Below are positions 1 to 9,930 of a DNA stretch of 64,000 bases, piece by piece. Position numbers and translations under genes: made by a program. How positions within the stretch are numbered: position 1 is the stretch's first letter; every line of letters starts with the position of its first letter. The notes beneath the pieces are model-generated. The model saw nothing but the letters and a program-made list of their open reading frames with translations, did not search any database and was not told where the DNA came from. The stretch spans positions 142,039 through 206,038 of the forward strand of contig JBGTBM010000010.1 of NCBI GenBank assembly GCA_041749335.1. Reading direction: 5' to 3'. The DNA is from Patescibacteria group bacterium (GTDB taxonomy: Bacteria; Patescibacteriota; JABMPQ01).

Positions 1-1
1 A

Positions 2-1510
2 GATTGGGTCGATAAGTTAAAAAATTGCAAGAAAATTTATATCTGTTTTGATAATGATGAAGCTGGTCATAAAGGAGCTATGCGAGTAGCAGATATGATA
101 TATGAAAATACTGATTGTGAAACATTTAAAATTGATTTACCGGAAGAAGTCGGAGATGGAGGGGATATTACTGATTATTTAACAAAACTTAATGGCAATA
201 TTGAAGACTTATTTAGTAAATATTCAAGGCCTTATCCCGAAAGAATTGATACATCACAATTTAAACCTATTGTATTAAGCGATATTGTTAAGACGCTAGG
301 ATTAACGATTAAAAAAGATGAAACAAATAAAATCATAACTTTCCTATGCGAATTATCTGCATATACTGAAAGTTCCCAGTTTAATATTAGTTTTAACGCC
401 CCCTCCTCTACCGGCAAGTCTTATATACCTACAGAAATTGCACGCTTGTTCCCGGAAAAAGATATTGTCGAAATCGGATATTGTTCTCCTACAGCTTTTT
501 TCCATGATGTTGGAGAATATGATGAGGAAAGAAAAGGATATATTGTTGACCTGTCTAGAAAAATCCTTATCTTCTTAGACCAACCACACACCCAACTTCT
601 GGAAAGGCTAAGGCCTCTTTTATCGCATGATAAGAAAGAAATAAATATTAAAATAACCGATAAGAGCCAGAAATTTGGACTAAAGACAAAAAACGTTCTA
701 CTGAGAGGCTACCCTTCTGTTATTTTTTGTACAGCTGGACTAAGGATAGATGAACAAGAAGCAACACGATTTCTACTTTTAAGCCCCGAAACAAAACAGG
801 AAAAACTTAGAGAAGCAATACAAGAGAAAATTAAGAAAGAATCCGATTCCGCTGCATACAAGGAAGCCCTAAATAACAATCCTGAACGCAAATTATTACG
901 GAACAGAATAATGGCAATAAAGCAGGCAAAGATTAAGGAAATCAAAATCGCCTCCCCCGATATAATCGAGAAAAAAGTCTTAGATAATAAAATGTTGAAA
1001 CCTAGACACGCAAGAGATGTTGGTCGTCTCATATCGCTAATAAAAGCAAATGCTTTATTGAATTTATGGTTTAGGAAAAAGGAAGGATCAACAATTACTG
1101 CCAGTGATGATGATATTGAAAAAGCTTTCAAAATATGGGATTCAATATCAGAAAGTCAAGAATTGAATTTACCGCCATATATTTATAACCTTTACCACGA
1201 AGTTATTATGCCGGCCTGGAAAGAAAAAAACGAAGGACGATCGGAGGGATTTGAAGAAATTACAGGTGAGTTGGGATTATCACGACAAGATATTGTTCAA
1301 ATGCATTACAAAATTCACGGCAGATTTATAGCAGACTGGCAACTTAGACAGCATATAATCCCAATGCTAGAAACAGCGGGATTAATAATGCAAGAGCGAG
1401 ACCCAAGTGATAAACGTAAAATATTAATATATCCTACTCCCCTGTTAAACTCTGCAAATAAGAAAAACAATAGTGAGTCGAGTAGTGGGGTAAATAATTT
1501 AAAAATATGA
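2..1510 (+). CDS. Phage/plasmid-type DNA primase-helicase, 5'-partial (TOPRIM domain plus P-loop NTPase).
   Basis: The ORF is open from base 2 (DWVDKLKNCKKIYICFDNDEAGHKGAMRVADMI is a TOPRIM DxD/E-type motif). Walker A-like NAPSSTGKSY and Walker B-like ILIFLDQ follow. The ORF track starts at the first Met (80), but the frame is open to the window edge. Confidence 0.6.
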   Translation, partial: DWVDKLKNCKKIYICFDNDEAGHKGAMRVADMIYENTDCETFKIDLPEEVGDGGDITDYLTKLNGNIEDLFSKYSRPYPERIDTSQFKPIVLSDIVKTLGLTIKKDETNKIITFLCELSAYTESSQFNISFNAPSSTGKSYIPTEIARLFPEKDIVEIGYCSPTAFFHDVGEYDEERKGYIVDLSRKILIFLDQPHTQLLERLRPLLSHDKKEINIKITDKSQKFGLKTKNVLLRGYPSVIFCTAGLRIDEQEATRFLLLSPETKQEKLREAIQEKIKKESDSAAYKEALNNNPERKLLRNRIMAIKQAKIKEIKIASPDIIEKKVLDNKMLKPRHARDVGRLISLIKANALLNLWFRKKEGSTITASDDDIEKAFKIWDSISESQELNLPPYIYNLYHEVIMPAWKEKNEGRSEGFEEITGELGLSRQDIVQMHYKIHGRFIADWQLRQHIIPMLETAGLIMQERDPSDKRKILIYPTPLLNSANKKNNSESSSGVNNLKI

Positions 1511-1602
1511 CATCCAGTTGCAATACTTTATTTAAGGATTTAGCCAATAAAATCAACAATTTTACGTCTTATCTCTATTAATTTCGGTATTTTAAGAAAA
1601 AT

Positions 1603-2190
1603 ATGGCAAAACCATTAGCAGAACAATCCAATAGTATAAGTATATTTATGCTCAAAAAGTGGGGCTACATAAACTCAAAAGGCGGCCAATCTTGCGGAGT
1701 TTTAACATGGACTTCGTTCGGATATGAAAATAGTATTAATTTTAAGATTATTACTACAAGTAAAGATGAACCAGATGATTGCTATATAAAAATATCTTAT
1801 TCATATTCAGATATTTATAGCGATGATAAAGAATCTCTTGATTATAAAATAGAATTAACCACCACGGAGTGCAATTATGGAGGAACAAGATATTGGTTTA
1901 GATGTCCTTTAATAAGAAATGGTCATGCATGTAATAAACGAGTAGGTGTTTTGTATCAGGCGGGTAAATATTTTGGATGCAGATATTGTGCGGATATTTC
2001 GTATAAATCACAAAGACAAGGAGGTAATTATCGTGAAAGCTCAATAACAATTTATGATATTGAAAATTTTGAAAATGAAATAACAAAATATTATTATAAA
2101 GGAAAGCCAACCAAGAAGCATCTTCGTCTAAAAAAAATGCGAGATAGATTTGAGAAAGATTTTTATATTTCTGTTAGCTTACTTATATAG
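1603..2190 (+). CDS. Hypothetical Cys-rich (Zn-ribbon-like) protein inside the mobile element.
   Basis: CxxC-type pairs (CNYGG..RCP, GCRYCAD). Located between the primase and the recombinase. Confidence 0.4.
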   Translation: MAKPLAEQSNSISIFMLKKWGYINSKGGQSCGVLTWTSFGYENSINFKIITTSKDEPDDCYIKISYSYSDIYSDDKESLDYKIELTTTECNYGGTRYWFRCPLIRNGHACNKRVGVLYQAGKYFGCRYCADISYKSQRQGGNYRESSITIYDIENFENEITKYYYKGKPTKKHLRLKKMRDRFEKDFYISVSLLI

Positions 2191-2236
2191 AATTTGATAC
2201 TTTACTTATAATCAATAAAAAGATATAATATATACG

Positions 2237-2333
2237 TTGACCCACTATTAATAATTTTCCAAGGAATTTTTGTTTGTCGCTATGATGGGCGACTCTGCCA
2301 ACAAACTACTCCTTGGAGTAATAGTTGGGTCAA
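2237..2333. promoter_or_regulatory. ~97-bp nested near-perfect palindrome (TTGACCCACTATT..CCAAGGA..GTCGC-N8-GCGAC..TCCTTGG..AATAGTTGGGTCAA). Candidate recombinase att/res site or operator.
   Basis: Read directly from the sequence. Sits immediately upstream of the serine recombinase start (2368). Confidence 0.45.
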
Positions 2334-2367
2334 CCAGGGTCGTCCTTTTAGTTAATAAGATAAATAT

Positions 2368-3978
2368 ATGAATGAAGACAAACCTAAAATTAAATACTTT
2401 CTTTATACTCGCAAATCCTCAGAGGCTGAAGATAAACAAGTGGCTTCAATTGATTCTCAAATATCAGAATTAAGAAAAAAAGCTAAGCAAGTAAATATTA
2501 AGATCGTAAAGATATTTAAAGAATCTATGTCAGCTAAAGCTCCTGGTCGCCCCGTTTTTAACGAAATGTTAAGCAAAATTCAAAATGGCGAAGCTGACGG
2601 AATTTTGTGCTGGAAACTTGATAGGCTTGCCAGAAACTCAGTAGATGGAGGTCAAATTATATATTTACTGCAAAGTAATATTATTAAAAATATACAAGCA
2701 TATAGTCATAGCTATTATCCTAATGATAATGTTGTCATGATGTATGTTGAGTTCGGTGTAGCAAATCAATTTGTTAAAGATTTAAGCCAAAATGTAAAAA
2801 GAGGCTTTAATTCAAAAGCTCAAAGAGGATGGTTTCCTAACCGATTAACCCTGGGATATATGCACAATCCTAAAGGCTATGAAGATGGTAAGGAAATAAT
2901 CATTGATCCGGATAGCTTTAATGGTTTAAGAGAAGTATTTGATTTAGTTCTCACAGGTAATTATACGGTACCAGAAATATACAAAATTGCTATTAACGAG
3001 CTTTGTCTTAGAAATAAGAAGGGCAAGAAATTTTCACTAAGCACCTTATATAGAATATTAACTGATACATTTTATTATGGAGAATTTGAATATCCAAAGG
3101 GTAGTAGTGATTGGTTTACGGGTAAACACCATCAAATGATAACAGAAGAAGAATATGACAAGATTCAAATCATTTTAGGTAGAAAGGGCAAACCTCGCCC
3201 CAAGACTCATAAATTCGCCTATACAGGCCTTATACGCTGTGGTGAGTGCGGATGCAGTATAACCGCAGAAGATAAAATTAAAAAACAAATAAATGGTAAT
3301 ATACATAGATACACATACTATCACTGCACAAAACGTAAAAAAATACCCTGCTCCCAAAAAAATATAAGAGTTGAAAATTTAGAGAAGCAAATTAAAAATG
3401 TATTAGAAAAAATTGAAATTCCTAACAAGTTTTATCAGTGGGCATTAGATGAATTGCGGGAACGAAATAAAAAAGAATCCATAAATAGAGAAGAATTATT
3501 GTCTACGCAACAAAGACAATACAACAATTGTATCCAGAAAGTAGATAGATTGATTGATATGAGAACTAATGGAGAGCTTACAGAAGAAGAGTTTAAAAAT
3601 AAAAAGAGGGAATTAATAAAAGAAAAGGATAATTTCCAGAAACTTCTCAAAGACACAGACAACCGAGTAGACGACTGGTTAGACAAAGCAGAAGAAATGT
3701 TTAAATTTGCAGAAACTGCTAAATACAGATTTGAAAATGGCACCCTTGAAGATAGAAAGAATGTGCTTTCTATACTAGGTTCGAACCTCTTCCTAAAAAA
3801 CAATATTTTAAGTATACAAGTACAAAAACCCCTATTACTCATTCAAAAAGCCTCTTCTGAGATAAAAGCTTTTTCCAGAATGTTAGAACCTCAAACAATT
3901 GGCTTAAACAAAAGAAAAAAGAGAGCTTCTCGCTCTCAATTTCCTACACTATGGGACGTACAAGAATCGAACTTGTGA
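2368..3978 (+). CDS. Large serine recombinase/integrase (resolvase catalytic domain + recombinase domain + Zn ribbon + coiled coil).
   Basis: N-terminal YTRKSS..SIDSQ..DRLARN resolvase motifs. Zn ribbon CGECGCS..YYHCTKRK. Length 536 aa. Last 27 nt overlap tRNA-Lys. Confidence 0.85.
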   Translation: MNEDKPKIKYFLYTRKSSEAEDKQVASIDSQISELRKKAKQVNIKIVKIFKESMSAKAPGRPVFNEMLSKIQNGEADGILCWKLDRLARNSVDGGQIIYLLQSNIIKNIQAYSHSYYPNDNVVMMYVEFGVANQFVKDLSQNVKRGFNSKAQRGWFPNRLTLGYMHNPKGYEDGKEIIIDPDSFNGLREVFDLVLTGNYTVPEIYKIAINELCLRNKKGKKFSLSTLYRILTDTFYYGEFEYPKGSSDWFTGKHHQMITEEEYDKIQIILGRKGKPRPKTHKFAYTGLIRCGECGCSITAEDKIKKQINGNIHRYTYYHCTKRKKIPCSQKNIRVENLEKQIKNVLEKIEIPNKFYQWALDELRERNKKESINREELLSTQQRQYNNCIQKVDRLIDMRTNGELTEEEFKNKKRELIKEKDNFQKLLKDTDNRVDDWLDKAEEMFKFAETAKYRFENGTLEDRKNVLSILGSNLFLKNNILSIQVQKPLLLIQKASSEIKAFSRMLEPQTIGLNKRKKRASRSQFPTLWDVQESNL

Positions 3979-4024
3979 CCTTCTGCTTAAAAGGCAGCTG
4001 CTCTACCTGCTGAGCTAACGTCCC
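3952..4024 (-). tRNA. tRNA-Lys (anticodon UUU).
   Basis: Cloverleaf folded manually: GGGACGT/ACGTCCC acceptor, anticodon loop CUUUUAA, T-loop TTCGATT. 73 nt, no encoded CCA. Confidence 0.85.
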
Positions 4025-4048
4025 ATATAAATTAAATTATTAATGATT

Positions 4049-4170
4049 CTACGCTGTGACCTTTCCCGCCAAGCGGGACTGCTCCCCGCCTCGCGTCGAC
4101 GAGCGACTGCGAGTCGAGGCGGGTACCTGCTGCCTGCCCGCCGTAGGAGGGGAGCTAACGTCCCATAATA
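4049..4170. repeat. GC-rich (~70%) hairpin-dense element of ~105 bp flanked by a 16-17-nt direct repeat of the tRNA-Lys 5' end (GAGCTAACGTCCCATA at ~4010-4027 and 4153-4168).
   Basis: Sharp compositional island in AT-rich DNA. Hairpins CCCGC-caa-GCGGG and CCCCGCCTCG..CGAGGCGGG. The 5' part of the tRNA is duplicated (GGGACGTTAGCTC). Confidence 0.5.
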
Positions 4171-4204
4171 AAACCAACGTCATCCTGATCCCGCAAAGTG
4201 GGAG

Positions 4205-4240
4205 AAGGATCTCATTGCAAATGCAAAAAATCCTTTTTCT
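4205..4240 (+). terminator. Possible intrinsic terminator (AAGGAT-loop-ATCCTT + TTTTT) downstream of the GC-rich element on the + strand.
   Basis: 6-bp stem with a long loop, then a T-run. Weak. Confidence 0.25.
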
Positions 4241-4317
4241 CAGTAAAACCGAGAAGTCAGCATGACAATATATATATAAAATTATTCTATTAAACACCAG
4301 AAGTCAATATAAATTTA

Positions 4318-4836
4318 TCATGACTCCTTCTTTTTTATTAATACCATGGCTAAAATCGGCACCAACATCCACGCAAGTTTGGAAACATTGGTGGTAAATA
4401 ATTTTTTGGTAATTGGAGCAAATGATGAGATCGTTTCAGCCGGAAGAAAAGATAAAATTATGCTTATCAATAACCCTACCAGTAAAAAACTGAATAATAA
4501 AACTACCAATGGATTTATTTTTCCGGAAAAGCTTGATAAGGCTCCCATGCGGGAAAACAATACAAAAAGTATTACTACACAAAAAATAAAAACTACCACT
4601 TTAAGCGCCGATACGGAACCCAGATGAAATTTTGAGGAAGTTTCGTCTGTAATAAAAGGCAAAGTAGATGTAATAGCCAGTCCGATATATTGGCTCAGCA
4701 GAACGAATAATACTCTGGCTCTTCCCAAGGTAAAGGCGAAAAGGATCCCAACCGCAGTAAAAAAAATTATTATAAAAAGATCCCAAGTTGGAACCGTCCA
4801 ATTTATGCTAGAAATTAAGTTACCGATATACTGCAT
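4318..4836 (-). CDS. Hypothetical integral membrane protein (about 5 TM helices).
   Basis: Hydrophobic segments throughout. No recognisable motif. Confidence 0.5.
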   Translation of the reverse strand: MQYIGNLISSINWTVPTWDLFIIIFFTAVGILFAFTLGRARVLFVLLSQYIGLAITSTLPFITDETSSKFHLGSVSALKVVVFIFCVVILFVLFSRMGALSSFSGKINPLVVLLFSFLLVGLLISIILSFLPAETISSFAPITKKLFTTNVSKLAWMLVPILAMVLIKKKES

Positions 4837-4905
4837 TTTTGTTTTTTGTTTTATAAATCTATTTATATTATTTTAGCATAAGATCTAATGTATGTAAAAT
4901 AATTT

Positions 4906-6081
4906 TTATTCAAATATTTTATGGAAAAAACTTTTATTATTTACTTTTCCGCTTTGCCCATCCTCTCCAGCCAATTCTAAAAATAATTCTTTTTCTTTTT
5001 TAGTTAGTTTTTTAGGCGTCACTACCATTACTTCCACTAATAAATTTCCGGTTTTATTACTATGAATATAGGGCATGCCCATGTTGGCAATTTTAAAAAT
5101 CTTTCCGCTTTGCACCCCCGCCGGAATTTTAAAAGCTATTTTCCCCTTTAGTGTATTAATATTTATTTCTCCTCCCAGCGCTGCCTGTGTAAAGCTGATC
5201 GGCACTACCACCTTAATATCATTCCCAACTCTTTCAAATTCTTCGTGTTTAGAGACATTAACGGTGGCAAATAAATTTCCATTTGGCCCACCCTTTAAAC
5301 CGGCTTCTCCCGCTCCTTCAATTTCTATGGTCTGACCGGAGGAAATACCTGCGGGAATTTTTATTTTAATTCTTTTGTATTCTTTAACTCGACCGTCTCC
5401 ACCGCATTTTACGCATGGTTTTTGCGCTTTTTTACCCTCTCCCCGACAATCCGGACAAGTAACAACCTGTGTAAATGCTCCCATTATTGTTTGCTGCGTT
5501 TTTCTCACTTTTCCGGATCCATTACAGGTTTTACAAGTTTCAATTTTTGTTCCCGGTTCCGCTCCATTGCCATGGCATCTTTCACATTTATCTCGTTTAT
5601 AAAGTTCAATTTCTTTTTCAACGCCCCAAAAAGCGTCTTCAAACGATATTTCAATATTAACACTTATGTCATCACCTTGAATCGGGCCAGTTCTCCTGGA
5701 TTTTCCTGCGCCTCCCCCAAAAAAACTGCCAAAAATGTCACCTAGATCTAAATCATCTAAATTTATATTAAAGCCTTGTTGAGAATATTGCCCGCCGCCA
5801 AAACCTGAAAATCCTTCTTGCCCGGAAAAACCACCCTGTTGATAAAATCCGCCGCCGGGTTGTCCTCCCGCTTGCCCAAAAGCAGACCCAAATTGATCAT
5901 ATTGGCTTCTTTTTTGTTTATCAGATAGTGTCTGATATGCCTCGTTAACCTCTTTAAATTTTGCCTCATCTCCGCCCTTGTCGGGATGATGCTTTTGCGC
6001 AGCTTTTCGATAAGCTTTTTTTATTTCGACCTCAGAGGCATCCTTAGCCACACCCAATATTTCATAATAGTCTTTTGGCAT
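4906..6081 (-). CDS. dnaJ: Chaperone DnaJ.
   Basis: J-domain with HPD ([14 protein letters not shown]), G/F-rich linker, four CxxCxGxG zinc-finger repeats. Confidence 0.95.
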   Translation of the reverse strand: MPKDYYEILGVAKDASEVEIKKAYRKAAQKHHPDKGGDEAKFKEVNEAYQTLSDKQKRSQYDQFGSAFGQAGGQPGGGFYQQGGFSGQEGFSGFGGGQYSQQGFNINLDDLDLGDIFGSFFGGGAGKSRRTGPIQGDDISVNIEISFEDAFWGVEKEIELYKRDKCERCHGNGAEPGTKIETCKTCNGSGKVRKTQQTIMGAFTQVVTCPDCRGEGKKAQKPCVKCGGDGRVKEYKRIKIKIPAGISSGQTIEIEGAGEAGLKGGPNGNLFATVNVSKHEEFERVGNDIKVVVPISFTQAALGGEININTLKGKIAFKIPAGVQSGKIFKIANMGMPYIHSNKTGNLLVEVMVVTPKKLTKKEKELFLELAGEDGQSGKVNNKSFFHKIFE

Positions 6082-6185
6082 ATTTCATATTAAATAACCA
6101 CGCCATCCTGGGTTTTTTAGTCTGTAAACACAATTATATGCGCTTACATCTCACTGCCTGCCTTAGATGACGTGATATTTATAAT

Positions 6186-8114
6186 TTATTTTTTATCCTT
6201 TTTTACATCTTCGCCCCGGCCTTTAACATTTTCTTCAGGTTTTGTTTTATCTTTATCGTCTTGTTTCCCCGCATTTTTGTCAGCTGCTTGTCCAGCTTGT
6301 TGATTTTGCTGTGCGGCTTGATACATTTGCTGGCCGACTTTTTGAATCTCTTGGCTTAATTCATCCGCTGCTTTTTTGATTGCATCCACGTCATCGCTAT
6401 CTTTTACTTTCTTCAATGCTTCAACTTTCTCTTCGACAGATTTCTTGACTTTTTTATCAACTTTATCACCGGCATCTTTTAATGTTTTTTCGGTAGAATT
6501 TACCAATGTTTCCGCATTGTTTTTAATTTCAATCTTTTCTTTCTTTTTCTTGTCTTCTTCGGCATGCTCTTCCGCATCTTTTTTCATCTTTTCAACTTCT
6601 TCCTTAGAAAGACCGGTGGAGCCTTGAATAGTTATGCTTTGCTCCTTGTTAGTAGCTTTATCAATCGCTTTTACGTTTAAAATACCATTGGCATCGATAT
6701 CAAAACTAACTTCTATTTGAGGCACTCCGCGCGGTGCCGGAGGAATTCCATCAAGCATAAATCTTCCCAGCGATTTATTATCAGCCGCCATTTCTCTTTC
6801 ACCTTGCAAAACATGAATTTCTACGGATGGCTGGTTGTCGGCTGCCGTAGAAAATATCTGTGATTTAGAAGCCGGAATAGTCGTATTTCTTTCAATTAAT
6901 GGAGTTCTTACTCCACCCAATGTTTCAATACCTAAAGTTAAGGGAGTAACATCTAAAAGCAAAACGTCCTTAACATCACCCCTCATTACTCCGCCCTGAA
7001 TAGCTGCGCCCATGGCAACTACTTCATCCGGATTTATTCCCTTATGCGGCTTCTTGCCAAATAAATCCTCAACCGCTTTTTGAACTGCCGGCATTCTGGT
7101 CTGGCCACCGACTAATATTACTTCGTCGATATCCGATGTATTTAACTTCGCATCTTCCAACGCCTTTTTAGTAGGTTCCAATGTTCTCTGCACTAAATCC
7201 GCAGTAAGTTCTTCTAATTTAGCGCGTGTTAATTTTATGTTCAAATGTTTAGGTCCGCTTGAATCAGTAGTAATGAATGGCTGGTTAACATCAGATTCCA
7301 TTGTTGTTGACAGCTCGTGCTTTGCTTTTTCTGCAGATTCCTTTAGCCTTTGCAGCGCCATTTGGTCTTTAGATAAATCGATTCCCTGGTCTTTTTTAAA
7401 CTCTTCAATTAGCCAGTTAATAATTTTCTGGTCAAAATCGTCTCCCCCCAAATGAGTGTCTCCATTAGTAGCTTTAACTTCAACTGTATTATCGCCTACT
7501 TCCAAAACCGACACATCGAACGTTCCACCGCCCAAATCGTAAACCACAATTTTCTCTTCTTTCTTTTTATCAAGCCCATAAGCCAAAGCTGCGGCCGTAG
7601 GTTCATTAATTATTCTTTTAACATTTAGGCCGGCAATCTTTCCTGCGTCCTTGGTCGCTTGCCTTTGCGAATCGTCAAAATAAGCGGGGACGGTAATAAC
7701 CGCGTCCTCAACTTTTTCTCCCAGATAATCTTCCGCATCCACTTTCATTTTTTGCAAGATCATGGCGGAAATTTCTTGAGGCGTATGATCTTTTCCATTC
7801 ATTTCAACGATAATGCTGCCGTTTTTCCCCTCTTTGATCTTATATGGCATTAACTCAATATCTTTTTTTGCATCCTCATCAGAATATTTTCTACCGATGA
7901 ATCTTTTTACAGAAAATATGGTATTTTGTGGATTAGTAACGGCTTGCCTTTTTGCAAGCTGCCCCACAACTCTTTCTCCATCAGATTTTATGGCTACCAT
8001 TGAGGGCGTGGTTCGATTGCCTTCTTTATTTTCAATAACTTGCGCCTCTCCGCCCTCAACTACGGCCATAGCCGAGTTGGTGGTGCCCAGATCTATTCCT
8101 AATATTTTTGACAT
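6186..8114 (-). CDS. dnaK: Chaperone DnaK (Hsp70).
   Basis: [43 protein letters not shown] motifs. Confidence 0.97.
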   Translation of the reverse strand: MSKILGIDLGTTNSAMAVVEGGEAQVIENKEGNRTTPSMVAIKSDGERVVGQLAKRQAVTNPQNTIFSVKRFIGRKYSDEDAKKDIELMPYKIKEGKNGSIIVEMNGKDHTPQEISAMILQKMKVDAEDYLGEKVEDAVITVPAYFDDSQRQATKDAGKIAGLNVKRIINEPTAAALAYGLDKKKEEKIVVYDLGGGTFDVSVLEVGDNTVEVKATNGDTHLGGDDFDQKIINWLIEEFKKDQGIDLSKDQMALQRLKESAEKAKHELSTTMESDVNQPFITTDSSGPKHLNIKLTRAKLEELTADLVQRTLEPTKKALEDAKLNTSDIDEVILVGGQTRMPAVQKAVEDLFGKKPHKGINPDEVVAMGAAIQGGVMRGDVKDVLLLDVTPLTLGIETLGGVRTPLIERNTTIPASKSQIFSTAADNQPSVEIHVLQGEREMAADNKSLGRFMLDGIPPAPRGVPQIEVSFDIDANGILNVKAIDKATNKEQSITIQGSTGLSKEEVEKMKKDAEEHAEEDKKKKEKIEIKNNAETLVNSTEKTLKDAGDKVDKKVKKSVEEKVEALKKVKDSDDVDAIKKAADELSQEIQKVGQQMYQAAQQNQQAGQAADKNAGKQDDKDKTKPEENVKGRGEDVKKDKK

Positions 8115-8230
8115 TGTTTTATCCTTTCTAAATTAATATTACTTTTAAATTATTTTTCTCCCTGTGGATAAACTAATTGATAATTTACCCGCAGCGAGCT
8201 ACCTCTTATTCGAGATAGCTCAAATTTTTC

Positions 8231-8662
8231 TTATTTTTCAATATTTACTTTGATCTTTTTAATTTCCTTTATCGGCTCCGCTTTGGGAATATTAATCTTT
8301 AGAATACCGTTTTCAAATTTGGCTTTGGCCTCATTGGCCATTACCGGAAACGGCAAATTAACCATGCGAGAAAAACTCCCCTTTCGAATCTCTTTCTTAA
8401 AATAATTTTCCTTTTTTATCTCTTCCTTTTTTTCTGTTTCTCCCCTTATTGTCAACATATCGTCTTCAATCGAAATATCAATCTTATCCGGATCTACTCC
8501 CGGAACTGAAGTTTCAACCACTACTTGATTGTCAGTTTGATAAACATCGCAGGCCGGAGCTAGTTTAACTTCTCCTTCCCAAGCCTTTGGCAAATTTCTT
8601 TCGAAAAAACTGTCAAACTCCTCGAAAGGATCCCACCATGGCTGTAATGAAAATTTTGGCAT
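8231..8662 (-). CDS. Small heat-shock protein (Hsp20/alpha-crystallin family).
   Basis: Alpha-crystallin domain pattern (..LTIRGE.., GILKINIPK). Located inside the hrcA-dnaK operon. Confidence 0.8.
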   Translation of the reverse strand: MPKFSLQPWWDPFEEFDSFFERNLPKAWEGEVKLAPACDVYQTDNQVVVETSVPGVDPDKIDISIEDDMLTIRGETEKKEEIKKENYFKKEIRKGSFSRMVNLPFPVMANEAKAKFENGILKINIPKAEPIKEIKKIKVNIEK

Positions 8663-8689
8663 AGTTTTTTCCTTTCTTTTTATTAATTA

Positions 8690-9172
8690 TTATTTAGCCA
8701 CTTTGACCCGAGCGGGCCTAATGACTTTATTTTTAAATTTATAACCAGTTTGAATTTCCTCAATAATCTTTCCGCTTTCGGCTTTGCTTTTTACCGATTC
8801 AATCGCTTCATGCATTTCCAGGTCAAAATCTTCCCCCAGGCTTTTTATCGATTCCACCTCATTATCCAGTAAATATTTATCGAATTGATCCTTAATAAAA
8901 CCTATTCCCCGCACCCAATTATTATCTTGAATTTCTGCTGGAATATTTTTATAAGCATTGGCAAAATTATCCACCACGGGTAATAAGTTTAAAATCATTT
9001 CCGCATTAACATATTCCATCAACTTTTTTTTCTCTTCAGCCGTACGTTTTTTTAAATTTTCGTAATCAGCTTTCGCCCTTTTCCATCCGGCTAAATTTTC
9101 TTCAACCTGCTTTTTTAAAATTTCTATTTCGCCTTTTTCTTCTTTTTTATTAAAAATATTTTTTTTATTCAT
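8690..9172 (-). CDS. grpE: Nucleotide exchange factor GrpE.
   Basis: Coiled-coil N-terminus (WKRAKADYENLKKR). GrpE C-terminal region. Operon context. Confidence 0.85.
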   Translation of the reverse strand: MNKKNIFNKKEEKGEIEILKKQVEENLAGWKRAKADYENLKKRTAEEKKKLMEYVNAEMILNLLPVVDNFANAYKNIPAEIQDNNWVRGIGFIKDQFDKYLLDNEVESIKSLGEDFDLEMHEAIESVKSKAESGKIIEEIQTGYKFKNKVIRPARVKVAK

Positions 9173-9173
9173 T

Positions 9174-9917
9174 TTAAATAATTATTATTGCAAAAACTAC
9201 CACTAGACCTGAACCTAATAACTTTTTTACATATTTAACCAACGAAATATTTTTTGAATATTGCATTCTTTTGGGACCCACCACTGCGATTATTCCCCTT
9301 TCGCCCGAAGGAAATTCTATCCCGGATAATATCATGCTGCAGCTTTCAACTTTGGCTAAAGGATTCTCGCTACCGATAAATATCTCAATATTTTTTTTCT
9401 GTGTTTGCTGCGCCAATTGATCAATGTTTTCATCGATATATTCCAATAGTTCAGCCACCTGGCAAACCTTGTCTGATTCCTTAAATTCCGGATTTTTAAG
9501 AAGTTCCGACATGCCGAAATCCCACACCGAATCTGAATCCACTAGGCCCGATAATGCCAGATTGCTAGACATCAGTGACAGCATTTTAGCCATGCTTTTT
9601 GCCATCCGATTATGCTGGGCGCGCAGTTTTAATAATTCAGTTTGTAACGCTCTCTGTTCATTATGATTTAATTTCTTTTCCCTCATTAAAGTATCGACAA
9701 AATACCGATAACCCTTGTCGGTTGGCACTCTGCCGGCAGATGTGTAGGGTTGAAAAATATATCCCTCTTCTTCCAACTCCTGCATTTCATTTCTGATAGT
9801 GGCAGTAGAAACCTTAACTTTAAAATTTTCCGCAATTTCAGAAGAACTGACCGGCTTAGCGCTGTCTATATATTTTTTTATAAGAGATCCTAAAATTAAT
9901 TCTTTTCTTATTTCCAT
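9174..9917 (-). CDS. hrcA: Heat-inducible transcription repressor HrcA (short form).
   Basis: N-terminal wHTH with SSEIAE..TIRNEM..LEEEGY..PYTSAGRVPTDKGYRYFVD. CIRCE lies immediately upstream. Confidence 0.85.
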   Translation of the reverse strand: MEIRKELILGSLIKKYIDSAKPVSSSEIAENFKVKVSTATIRNEMQELEEEGYIFQPYTSAGRVPTDKGYRYFVDTLMREKKLNHNEQRALQTELLKLRAQHNRMAKSMAKMLSLMSSNLALSGLVDSDSVWDFGMSELLKNPEFKESDKVCQVAELLEYIDENIDQLAQQTQKKNIEIFIGSENPLAKVESCSMILSGIEFPSGERGIIAVVGPKRMQYSKNISLVKYVKKLLGSGLVVVFAIIII

Positions 9918-9930
9918 TATTTTAGATAAT

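Larger units (their letters stand above)
1..3990. mobile_element. Right end of an integrated element (prophage/integrative element) inserted at tRNA-Lys. Cargo seen: primase-helicase, Zn-ribbon protein, large serine recombinase. The element continues off the left edge of the window.
   Basis: Replication gene plus recombinase block. The recombinase 3' end overlaps the tRNA-Lys 3' end. A large palindrome lies upstream of the recombinase. Confidence 0.55.

Noticed and set aside
4049-4170. Considered whether the GC-rich element is tmRNA, SRP RNA, RNase P RNA or a second tRNA.
   Set aside because: No T-loop (GTTCRA) at its 3' end. No SRP domain IV or RNase P P4 consensus. It does not form a cloverleaf. 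Left as an unclassified structured element.
4049-4297. ORFs 4049..4297 (-) and 4056..4265 (+) predicted inside the GC-rich element.
   Set aside because: They overlap on both strands within a hairpin-dense GC island. They are Arg/Pro/Ala-rich as expected from GC-rich non-coding sequence. No start context. Interpreted as structured non-coding DNA/RNA.
5075-5745. Several + strand ORFs (60-107 aa) inside dnaJ and dnaK.
   Set aside because: They are antisense to strongly conserved chaperone genes. These are shadow ORFs.
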